From the human T2T-CHM13v2.0 reference genome, Homo sapiens, in NCBI RefSeq assembly GCF_009914755.1, contig NC_060947.1: a stretch of DNA of 64,000 nucleotides; one strand, 5' to 3'. The translations under genes were made by a program, and so were the position numbers. Under the pieces are notes generated by a model. It saw only the letters and a program-made list of their open reading frames with translations. It ran no database searches and was not told the origin of the DNA. Of the stretch, positions 1-13,925 are shown in pieces; within the stretch, counting starts at the first letter, position 1; every line of letters starts with the position of its first letter.

Positions 1-1150
1 TTGTTTCAAAAATCATAAGAGAAACTCTAGGTAACCTTGTGTTTTGTGGTTACGATGACTTTTTAGATACAACACCAAAAATACTATCCATGGAAGAAAA
101 AATTAAGTTGCACATCATTACAATAAAAAACTTCTACTCTGTGAAAGATACTGTTAAAAGAATGAAAAGACAAGTCTATAGACATTTTAAAAATATTTGC
201 AAAGCACTATGTGATTAAAAATAAAACATATTCGAATTATACAAAGAACTCTTAAAAATCAATAATAAAAAAACAAACAACCCAATTAAAAATAGGCAAA
301 ACATTCGAATAGATGCCTCATCAAAAAATATAGAGATGGCAAATAATCATATGAAAAGATGTGCAGTTTCATATGTCATTAGGGAATAATAAAATAAACA
401 ATAATGAACTACTCTTAAATACCTATTAAGATAGCTAAAATCCAAAAGACTGACAATACCAAATGCTAGTCAGAATGGGGAGTAACATGAACTTTCATTT
501 TTTGCTGATAGCAATGCATAATGTTGTAGGCACTTTGAAAGACAATTTGCCGGTATGTTACAAAGGTAAAAATTGTCTCATTATATGGTCCAGCAATTGC
601 ACACCTACGTATTTATCCAATTAAAATTTATGTCAACAGAAAAATCTGCATATAAAATCTTATAGCAGCTTTAAGTGTAATTGCCCTAAAACAGAAGTCA
701 CCAAGATAAATGGATGAACAATCATACATTCATACAACAGAATATTATTTAGTGATAAAAAGAAATGAGCAAGCAAGCCATGAAAAGATATAGAAAAACC
801 TTGAATGCATATTGTAGTGGAATATGAATAGGTAAAGCACAGAGGATTTTCAAGGCAGTGAAAGTGTTGTCTATGGCACTGTATTGCTAGATACATGGCA
901 TTATTCATTTACAAAACCCAAAACCCAAAGAACTATACAACGCAAAATGTGAGCCTTAACGTAAACTCTGGGCTTTAGTTAATATTAATGCATCAATATT
1001 ACTTCATAAATTGTTGAAAATGTGCCACATTCATGCAAAGTGTTTATAATAGGGGGAAATGTGGATCTGGGGGTAGGGTATGAAGGAACTCTGAAGTAGC
1101 TGCTAATGTTTTTAATTTAAAACTTTTCTAAAAAATAAAGTCTTTAAGAA
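1..1150 (+). mobile_element. Old L1M (L1MC-like) 3' portion
   Basis: Degenerate ORF2 C-terminal and 3'UTR motifs (aaaacttctactctgtgaaagatactgtt; atgtcattagggaa; ccagcaattgcac; gtaaactctgggctttag). Confidence 0.7.
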
Positions 1151-1229
1151 ATACAATATGTTGACTCTAATACAATATTTTGAAACCACCTGTCCAGCAA
1201 ATGCTAGTATTAGGATAGACTTTTTTTTT

Positions 1230-2550
<1,321 letters not shown>

Positions 2551-5039
2551 ACAATAGTCCCTGCTATTATAAATCTCACTTTTGTTTCCAAATTGACTCA
2601 TCTTTGAGTCAAAGTAAAATTCAATAGATAAATATTGACGCAATATGGCTAAGTCTGTGATTTCTCTCTACCTATATGTTCATGTTTTGTTTATGAAAAG
2701 TCATTAATTTTTAAAAAATTAGTTATCCTTCAGGTCTCAATAATCCCTATTCCACAATGGTAAAGTTACAACAAATGCACTTACTTAGAGCACAGAATCC
2801 TTTCACACCACTACCAAATTTGTCTTCATTCCGTTTGCTGGGCCAATGCCACAAGATAAGATAAACCCTGGCCCTATTTTCTCAGACTGCATGATAAGAT
2901 GAATACTGTAATTTTGAATTGAACATAGAGTCAGTGGTACATTAGGAGCCTAGTAGAGGAATAGTAACAAGAAGTCAAAAATCTTTAATGTGAGACACTG
3001 GATAATGACTGGACTGGAGACAAATCATTTCTTTTAAAAAAAACCCAGAATATAGACTATTAAAATAGAACACAAAAAATTTAAAATGTTTTAAGGAGAG
3101 ATGAAAATAATCAGATGAAATGAGAAGCAAATAAGAGAAAAAAGAATATATTTGTCACACAGGTGAAACAAAAGGTGAGGGAGGGGACAGAACAGGAATT
3201 CAGAACTGTAACTAAAATCTGTCTGCTTATATACCTAATTTTTCATATTTGCTCTGTTTTAATGAGAATTTTCCATAAAATAAAACTAACTTTTCAATAT
3301 TCTGTTAACCAATTTCCTCTTCTTCTAACTACCACACTTCTTCAAAAGGAGAATACACCCTAGAAATCGTCTGCTGAACTAGAAAACAAGAAGACTGTTC
3401 AATAAGCCAGTCTGTCATCTTGCTCACTGAAGGAACAAGTATATGTATATACAATTTTTTGTTAGTAGTTTTTCAGGTTTCACTACCAATTAAAGTACAC
3501 TAAAGATAGAGAAAATGCAATGAACTACATAGATTTGAAAATGCATGTTGATTTTGGGAAGTTATATAAAATTAGTTTTAAATTTTCTCAACTTTTCCAA
3601 TATATGGGGGAAAAAAGTTTTGAAAGCCAACTAATTCCATGAGTTCTATGGAATGGAAACACTGATATAAATTTTGCCTTGAAAGAAATTAGATTTTCTG
3701 ATTAATTGGTATAAGTTTTAAATAAGATATAACACCTTACACTTCTGTTACACTTAGTTTAAAAGATATGAGTACAATAATGTTGAGACATTATTCTTGG
3801 CACCACAATACAGTAAATAGTTTAAATGCCTAACCAAAATAGCTATTTTAGGAAGCTGGCATAACAACCTGTGAATGTCATGCCTTCCGAAATGGCAAAA
3901 GAAGATTTTTTCATTTCCTCTCCACAATCCCAAACAATGAGAAAACAATGAAAAGTTTAATAGAGTGAGTTACAAAGCACAACTATGCAAAAATAAAAGA
4001 TGTATAGCACACTGGGTAAAAGTTATTTGCTGTCCCTAGGTAGTACATTTAATTTACAACTGATGTTCATAAAATAAAATGATAAATATTTTCCTTTTGT
4101 CATAAGTATCTACATATGTCTCGCTATGTTTTCAACTTTTTAATGTAACCTTTATAATATGACTATGATACTGGAAATTTAATGTTCATATATTATTAAT
4201 TATGCTTTTCTACTATATTGACCTTTTTAATATTCTGCATGTTGGTCATTTATTCATCCCCAGATAATTGCTTCACCTGTAGGTAAAAGGTGATATTCAA
4301 AGCCAAAGGCAAAATACTATTATTTAAAAGTTCAACTCTTTATTCAGAGTATAATATCAATTATTAAAATATGCATACTGATGTATTTACTATTACAACA
4401 TATATTTTTGTACTACATTTAAGTTTACTGTTTGTGTCTTATAATATCTACACTTATTCAAAATCTTCAAATGAAAATAATATGTAGATTGTATTCATAC
4501 TTGCCAAAAATTATATTAACTCTAGCCTTAGTTCAAACTTATATTAATGTATAATTTTAAACTACTGATTAAACTAAAAATTTACAGATATTTTCCTGCT
4601 TCTAAAAATATACTAGCAAAGATTGTTATAGTAGAAAAAAACAAAAAGAGCGTTTTCTTAATCTCAGCCATTAAATCAAATAACTACTGAGTCAAAGTGG
4701 GGTATATTTGATGGTAATCATGAGGCTTGGGTTTCAGTCCAGGTTTTACACCAAAATATTCTTCATGATTGGAAAAATTAGTTTCCATTACGGAGCCTTT
4801 TTTAAAAAATTTCATACGCACACAGATTCTCTCTAAAGTCACATTCAAATCAAAATTCTTTATGATGATATGAAAATAAGCAATGGAGATAAAATATTCT
4901 TTTGTTACAAATTTTAGTAAAATTGTGACGTATTATATTTAATAACTACTATTTTCCAAGATAGAACAATCCTAGCTTGATAAAGCATATTGAGTAGATA
5001 TCTGTATATTTAAAGAATATCCAGAATTCCCTCTTTAAG

Positions 5040-8000
5040 AGTACCTATCAGAGCAATACTACTTCAGATAACTATAAACTATGGAGAAAATATTTAAAAT
5101 ATTCTTTAAATCTAACAACATTAGAGCACAACAAAAAGCATGATAAAACCACAAAGGAGTCGACAGCTTAATATAACAGTAAGTTTCTGATATTTTAAAG
5201 GCTTCTTATGAAAAAGAAGACAGGCTCCAGTTCACTTCACGTAAGTTACCTCCATTTACATGGAATTCCACAGTCTTGTCTGCACGACTATCCACATATG
5301 GTATCCACATGTGGTAGAGTTTAGGCTACCACAGCAACTGTAAATTGAAGAGGAAATGTTGGAGAAAAATTCCAGAGAAGACGAGTCCCAAAATTTATGT
5401 ATAAATATTGCCCAAATTTCTAGCTGACCCAAGAAGTATGCAAAGTCAGGTCAGATGCCACACAGACCAGGTAAGGCTAAGACATATATATTTTTAATTT
5501 CAGCTGATTCTCCATCCAGGGCAGTCAACATTTAAAAAAAAATATACCCAGCCAAGTTAATTTCGGGCTGAAACTACAACAAATGAAAAAAACTCCATTG
5601 TTTCAATGAATATAATAGAATCAAGAATCTCTGCAATATTTTATGATGTCTAAGATATAATCCAAAATTATTAGACATATGAAGAAACAGAAAAAATATT
5701 TCATGCTCAGGTTAAAAACAAAAAAACAACAAATGGAGATTGACTCAGGCATAATGTTGATGTTTGAAATTAGCAGACAGTTCTTTAAAACAGCTGTAAT
5801 TACTGTAACTCACAGACTTTTGGGAAAATATGCTTAATGAATAAATTGATAGGCAATTTTAAGGAGGTAGAGACTTTTAAAAGCAGACATGCTCAGATTA
5901 AAATTACAATATGTAAACAAACACAGAACCTAGCTATCTAGGTTCCTATATAATGTCAGATTACAAATAAAAGAAGAAACATACATTCACTTAAAGATAG
6001 ATTGATATAAATTATCCAATCAGGAAAATAAAGAAAAAATAGATAGATTGATATAAATTATCCAATCAGAAAAATAGAGAAAAAATATTTTAAAAAATGA
6101 GTAGATCTACAATAATCTCTGGTAAAGTGTGAAAAAGTCTAAAATATATAAAATGAAGGTATCAGAAAATGAGGAGTGACAGCATGGGACAGAAATACTA
6201 TCTGAAGAAATAAAGACCAAAATCTTCATTTTAAGAAAATTCATATATGTGTAGAGTTAAGAAATTCAGAAAACATGAAGAAGAGACAACAAACAGAAAA
6301 TAAATCATGTTCAGACATTTGAAAACTGACCTTAAAAGGCCATGAAAAATGTGAATCAGTTATCACTATAATTCAGAAATAATGAAAATGGAAAGGCAGT
6401 GGAGGGAGATTTTTAATGGGCTCAACAATAAATAAAACCATTAACTGAAAATCTGATTCTATATCTAGCAAAAATATCCTTTAATAATGGAAGTGAAGTG
6501 AAGACATACTCAGAAAATAAAAACTAAATACTAAGAAAATCTGTCATCTCTATAAATACCTGAGAATAACTGCTACAGAAAGTTTTTCTGGCTGAAGAGT
6601 AATTATTCCAGATGTAAATCAGACTTTTAGTTATGAACAGAAAACACAGAAAATTCTGAAGATGTCAGGAAACTAACAGACTATATTTCCTCTTAATTAC
6701 TTAAATAGACACGTAACTGATTTAAACAAAAGTTATAACATTTTAATATAGTTTTGAACATATTTCGATATAATACACATGAAAACTATAAAATTAGAAG
6801 ATAGAGGTATAGAGAATGAACATATCCAAGCACAATGTTCTTATATTTTTTGCAAAGTGGTAGAATACGAAATCTATGGAGACTGTAAAAACTTAAAAAT
6901 ATATATTGCTATCACTAGAGATACCTCTCAAATGTAATTGTAATAGGTATTTCAGAAAGCTAATAGATGTTAATATTAAATGCTAACAAATATTTAATGA
7001 ACTAAAAAGAAGACAATAAGGGAAAACAGAGAAACAAAAATATGTTGTAAAAAGATAAATATTAAAGTGGTAGACCAAATATAACTATTATTATTATATT
7101 AAATATAAGAAGATTAATAGCTCCAATTAAATAGAAGCAATTTCCAGATTGTACAAAAGGGCAAGACCAATACAAGGAATTGTACAAGAGATGTATATTA
7201 TAAAGATACAGATTAGTTTAAGGTAAATACACAGTACTTACACCTTTTACAAAAATTAACCTAAAATGGATCATAGAACTAAATGTAAAGTGCAAAATTA
7301 TGAAACACTTAGAAAATAACATAAGAGAAAGTTTAGATGGCCTCAGTTTTGGTGATGTCATTTTAAGTTCAACATCATATGTACAATCTATGAAAAAAGA
7401 ATTTATAAGTTGAATTTAATTAAAATTAAAACATTTTGTTCTGTGAAAAACACTGTTAAGAAAATTAAGAAACAAGGCACATACCAGCAGAAAATATTAA
7501 AAAACATATACTTAGTAATGAACTGGTATTCAAAATATGCAGAAAAACTCTTGAAATTCAACCAAGGAAACCAATCTGATTAAAAATCGTCAAAAGATCT
7601 AAACAGACACCTCACCAAAGAAGATATACTGATTTTATATATAAGTATAAAAACAAGATGCCTAAGTCACTAGGGAATTGCAATATAAATCAATGAGATA
7701 CTACTACACATCTAGTAGAATGACTAAAATCAACAATATGGACATCAAAAGCTGGTGAGAATGTGAAACAACAGGAATTCTCATTCATTGTTGGTGAGAA
7801 TGAAAAATAGTACAGCCATTTTAGAAGACAGTTTGGCAGTCTCTTATAGAACTAAACATGTTCTTACCACCATATAATCCAGCAATTGCAACCTCTGAAA
7901 TTTCTCCAAATGAGTTGAAAATGTATGCCCACACAATAACCTGCACATGGATGTTTGTTCATAAGTCCCTAAACTTGAAAGCAATCAAGATGTCCTTCAG

Positions 8001-8095
8001 TAGGTGGATAGATAAACTGTGATATAGCCATATAATGGAATATTATTCAGGGCTAAAAAGAAATGAGCTATCAAGCCACAAAAACATATGGGAAA
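5040..8095 (+). mobile_element. Highly degenerate old L1M pieces (5'/ORF1-like region followed by an ORF2 3' end)
   Basis: A-rich, no ORF. 7230-8090 has clear L1 motifs (aaaatggatcatagaactaaatgtaaa; aacagacacctcaccaaagaagatatac; gatgtccttcagtaggtg). Boundaries are approximate. Confidence 0.55.
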
Positions 8096-8099
8096 TCAC

Positions 8100-9260
8100 T
8101 TGTGATTTTGATAGGAATATGTCATTAAAGTAAATTTAAAGAGAATTAAATTTATTAAAATAGTGAAATTTCCTAGGGTAAAATAGAATGTATTTTAACT
8201 TTTAACATCCATTTTATGTTATTAAATAAAATTTTCTATTTTTATTTGCATAGGGTGTAGACAATAATTTCTAATTTTAGGCCTATATCTTTTTGTATCT
8301 TTATTCTTGATATGATTATGAACTAGGTAATTTTCCCAATATATTTTCTAAATTACGATTATTGATACATGTTAATGTTTATCTTTTATTTGTTTGTAAC
8401 TGAGCACCTTACATAATTCTTATTATTTATAATGGTTTCTCAATTGATTTTTAGGTATTTCCTAAGTGGCAAATCATGCTATCAACAAATAATAATTTTT
8501 TCCTCCTTTTAGCATATTTATTGTATTTATTTTTGTTTGATTAATTCTATTGGATCAAATTTTTAAGCAATTTTATAGTAGTGAAAATAAACATCTTTGC
8601 CTTACTTATGAAATTGAAAGAATCATTTTTGTTTTATTGTTAAGTATAAGGCTGTATATTGGAGATTTTAACTTTTTATTAATCTATGTTATACAAAGGA
8701 AGGATCCTTTTATCCTTATTTCATTAAAATATGTTTATCATAAATTTATTTATTTGTTTGTTTGTTTTTCAGATGGAGTCTCGCTCTCTCGCCCTGGCTG
8801 GATGTAGTGCAGTGGCACCAACTTGGCTCACTGCAACCTCCACCTCCTGGGCTTCAAGCAATTCTCCCTGCCTCAGACTCCCAAGTAGGGATTACAGGTG
8901 CACGTCACCACGCCTCACTAATTTTGTATTCTTTAGTAGAGATGCGGTTTTGTCATGTTGGCCAGGCTAGTCTCAAACTCCTGACCTCAGGTGATCCACC
9001 TGTCTCGGCCTCCCAAAGTGCTGGGATTATAGGCATGAGACACCGTGCCCGGACCAGAAATTTATTTTAAATTCATTAAAATAGTTACTCAAACTCCAAC
9101 AAGATGACATTTTTTCTTTTATCCATGAATGTGATTAATTCTCAAAATATATATTCTAATGTTAGATCATGTTGCATTTTAGATGTTTCCATTTGTTCAT
9201 GTGTTTTATATTTTACATGAATGTACATTCTATCCAGTAATAATTTATGATGTTATAAGT
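8100..9260 (-). mobile_element. Old antisense L1M ORF2 fragment
   Basis: T-rich degenerate L1 antisense motifs (gattttgataggaat; aaatcatgctatcaacaaataataat). Confidence 0.5.
8752..9055 (-). mobile_element. AluS-type element
   Basis: Full dimer with (TTTG)n tail; candidate TSD AAATTTATTT. Confidence 0.88.
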
Positions 9261-9681
9261 GAATCTGCCACAGATATTTCTGTCATGCTTTGTGAGATTT
9301 TCACATCCGAGTCATACCATATTTATAAAGAAAGATCTGGAAAGCATTTTCTTTACATCTTTTACAAAGAGAATCATTTGCTCCTTAAGTTGAGGAAAAT
9401 GAATAGAATAAGCTGTAAGATCCATAAGTCTTATTGGGGGATAATTCTATGGTATCTCTTACAGTCAGGCCATACTTCCAACTTTCATCCCTCCAAATTA
9501 AGGTATATTAGTTGAATCTGCTAGAACTTCCTATACTTCTTACTCTTAACATGCCACCATTTCTGTCAACAGGGGTTTAATGCTGGTTTCCTGACATTTT
9601 CTTCAATTCATTTCAAAGTGTAAAATACCTGGCAGGAATTATCCAGATACTTTACGATATGAAAAAGCAGTATGCCCTTGA

Positions 9682-10278
<597 letters not shown>

Positions 10279-11728
10279 TAAAACTCTACAAGTAGATCAA
10301 CATAATTTGGTTTGTAGAATACTCATATGAAAATTATATTACTGGAAACAATACGCAATAAAATATTAAGGACCTCAGTCTCATTATGGTCTTTTATAAT
10401 TTGAGAAATAAAGTGTCTATTATAGTGTAATGCCATTGGCATCCCTAATACAGTCAAGAGAAGGCACTTTTCAGAGTCACAAGTAAATAAATCAATGCTT
10501 ATAAATAGACAAACTGTTTACAATGAGATCTGTGTACTTCACATAAAAAGAAACAATAAAGGAAGATAAAAACTGATAGACACTATTTAGATCATTTTAT
10601 CTTCTTACAAGTTTTAAAGAAGTAGGTGGAAGCAATCTATCTTTCTCTCAGAGATACCCATAATTCATAATTTTGTATCACCAAAAACTGGAAGAAAGGT
10701 AATACAGTTTCTATTCAGCATTTCAATTATTTCATCATAAAAGGAAGTCACATTTTTTGTGTCAAAAGCAATGGGATTCATTTCCAATTTCTCACCTACT
10801 TTCCAGATTTCTCCATGTTCCTGTATCTGTTGATAGAGGAAAAGACAGTCTCCAAATCTCCTGGGAATAATTTTGAGCCATCATAATATTCTTTTTAGAG
10901 GGGATGCATAAAGTAGACATTAAAAATCAAGAACCCAGATCATATCAGTGAGAAGAAATCTGCAATTCGTTAAATATGTGCAATTCTACGTCAATCCTTG
11001 AGCAGAGGCCTGAATCCCCATACATAGAAAGAACATATAGGAGTAATAAGTGAGGGAGGGTAAGTTACTACAAGTCATGCTGACACACAAAAATACTTTC
11101 AGCGAGCATGAGGCATAAATGTGTTGGTGAGAAACAGTTGCAGGAACTGAGTTTTTACTATGCATAGAAAATCTTATCTTCTGTGTTTCAAAAGCCCAAA
11201 AGTCCAGTGGAAATAGTAGCATTCTTTTCTAGAGTATTCCAAAGGAGACCTTCAATTGTACCCAACATACCCAATTATTGGTTATTGGGAGCTTTACTAA
11301 GTTGTTCATTAGATTTGATTGTGTTATTCAGTAGGTCTCCCTTACAATAAATTTTAAGTGATGAAAGTCAGTACCAGTAAGGAAGATTACCAACAGCCAA
11401 AGGATCAGTAGACAACATTCTGAAATCCAGCCCAGTGACAAGTAAGAACTCTTAAGGGCAAAAGGAAACTGTGGATAATATATGCTGCTTCAGACGATAG
11501 CTAGGACTCTGAAAAATATATGAAATTAAAAATAAATAATACCATACAGTATTATTAAGGAGTCAGAGTTGATGCTGGTGGTAATTGTCTTCAAAGTGAA
11601 TCATAGTGTTCTTGAAAAAAGTCAAGCCTTATTTTTCAGCTACTAGAAATGAAAATTTGAAATTTACAAATTATTTTCATTTGACTTACCGGGTGATTTC
11701 CACATGCTGGAAATATCAAGAAATATTT

Positions 11729-12040
<312 letters not shown>

Positions 12041-12230
12041 ATATTTAAATAAACTGTCTGTGATGGCCATTATTTCTTGAATTCTATCTTATTCCACTTA
12101 TTCCACATTACTAAAAGATCCCTGAATTTCTGACTGAAGTTTAAAGAGAAACATCACAACTAGATATCAGAGTCCAAGGAAGAGACACAAAGACCTCAGT
12201 GGTACTGACAGGCAATAGCAAAGTCATTCA

Positions 12231-12614
<384 letters not shown>

Positions 12615-12889
12615 CTAGTTCAAAATTATTATTAATATCTGCTTTGAACATGGAAGAATGGAAGAGGGGAGTCAAAGTACAGTAGTTACACTCTTTTATT
12701 GAGGTTAGTAGCTAATCAACAATTTGTTCCTGATATATCTAGATGAGCCAGTGAGACAATTATAAGTAATAACGGGAAGAACAATACCAGAGTAAAATCA
12801 AATAGGAAGAAAGTGGTAGGCGTATTTACACTAATAGAAATAGAGTTCGTCAGTTAGTGGAAACTGGTGACAACAGCAGAGAAAACTCT

Positions 12890-13082
12890 GGAGAGCTATA
12901 AACTGCGTGAAATCAAGTGCATTGGAAGTTACAGAAAATACGCAAGAACAATGGGAAAAGAACTCCAGGAAGTGTAGGGGAGGGGCAGCGTGGAGAAGAA
13001 AGGATGTGACGTCACTGAGATAACCAGCTCGGCTGTTAGCAACTCTGTTAGCAACGCTGTTTGTCTTTCTCGGAAACAACAG
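12890..13082 (+). promoter_or_regulatory. Putative TGIF2LX proximal promoter and non-coding exon 1
   Basis: TATAAA 12897-12902, ETS-like CAGGAAGT 12966-12973, palindrome GTGACGTCAC 13006-13015 (CRE), two CTGTTAGCAAC copies 13033-13043 and 13045-13055, all directly upstream of the splice donor. Confidence 0.7.
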
Positions 13083-13178
13083 GTGAGAATTCCCCTTACA
13101 GACCTGCCCATGCTTTCTAAAGTGGCTCTCCCAAACCTGCCTTTGTCCTAACTCAGTTGTCTGTGATTCTCAATATAG
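13083..13178 (+). other. TGIF2LX: 96-bp intron in the TGIF2LX 5'UTR
   Basis: Donor AG|GTGAGA at 13083, branch-like CCTAAC at 13147-13152, acceptor ..caatatAG ending 13178. The length agrees with the small 5'UTR intron I recall for this gene. Confidence 0.85.
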
Positions 13179-13199
13179 TAACGATAAGCCTCTTGGAAT

Positions 13200-13925
13200 A
13201 TGGAGGCCGCTGCGGACGGCCCGGCTGAGACCCAAAGCCCGGTGGAAAAAGACAGCCCGGCGAAGACCCAAAGCCCAGCCCAAGACACCTCAATCATGTC
13301 GAGAAATAACGCAGATACAGGCAGAGTTCTTGCCTTACCAGAGCACAAGAAGAAGCGCAAGGGAAACTTGCCAGCCGAGTCCGTTAAGATCCTCCGCGAC
13401 TGGATGTATAAGCATCGGTTTAAGGCCTACCCTTCAGAAGAAGAGAAGCAAATGCTGTCAGAGAAGACCAATTTGTCTTTGTTGCAGATTTCTAACTGGT
13501 TTATCAATGCTCGCAGACGCATTCTCCCGGATATGCTTCAACAGCGTAGAAACGACCCCATCATTGGCCACAAAACGGGCAAAGATGCCCATGCCACCCA
13601 CCTGCAGAGCACCGAGGCGTCTGTGCCGGCCAAGTCAGGGCCCAGTGGTCCAGACAATGTACAAAGCCTGCCCCTGTGGCCCTTGCCAAAGGGCCAGATG
13701 TCAAGAGAGAAGCAACCAGATCCGGAGTCGGCCCCTAGCCAGAAGCTCACCGGAATAGCCCAGCCGAAGAAAAAGGTCAAGGTTTCTATCACATCCCCGT
13801 CTTCTCCAGAACTTGTGTCTCCAGAGGAGCACGCCGACTTCAGCAGCTTCCTGCTGCTAGTCGATGCAGCAGTACAAAGGGCTGCCGAGCTGGAGCTAGA
13901 GAAGAAGCAAGAGCCTAATCCATGA
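13200..13925 (+). CDS. TGIF2LX: TGFB-induced factor homeobox 2-like, X-linked (TALE homeodomain repressor, TGIF2-derived retrogene), 241 aa
   Basis: Intronless ORF with strong Kozak context (aatATGG) and an in-frame upstream TAA at 13185. TALE homeodomain [32 protein letters not shown] and TGIF-family C-terminal motif [20 protein letters not shown]. The 241-aa length matches the X copy as recalled; the Y copy is 185 aa. Confidence 0.97.
   Translation: MEAAADGPAETQSPVEKDSPAKTQSPAQDTSIMSRNNADTGRVLALPEHKKKRKGNLPAESVKILRDWMYKHRFKAYPSEEEKQMLSEKTNLSLLQISNWFINARRRILPDMLQQRRNDPIIGHKTGKDAHATHLQSTEASVPAKSGPSGPDNVQSLPLWPLPKGQMSREKQPDPESAPSQKLTGIAQPKKKVKVSITSPSSPELVSPEEHADFSSFLLLVDAAVQRAAELELEKKQEPNP

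Noticed and set aside
13200-13925. Calling the gene TGIF2LY or a processed pseudogene
   Set aside because: The ORF is intact at 241 aa with a conserved homeodomain and C-terminal motif, plus a promoter and splice sites.
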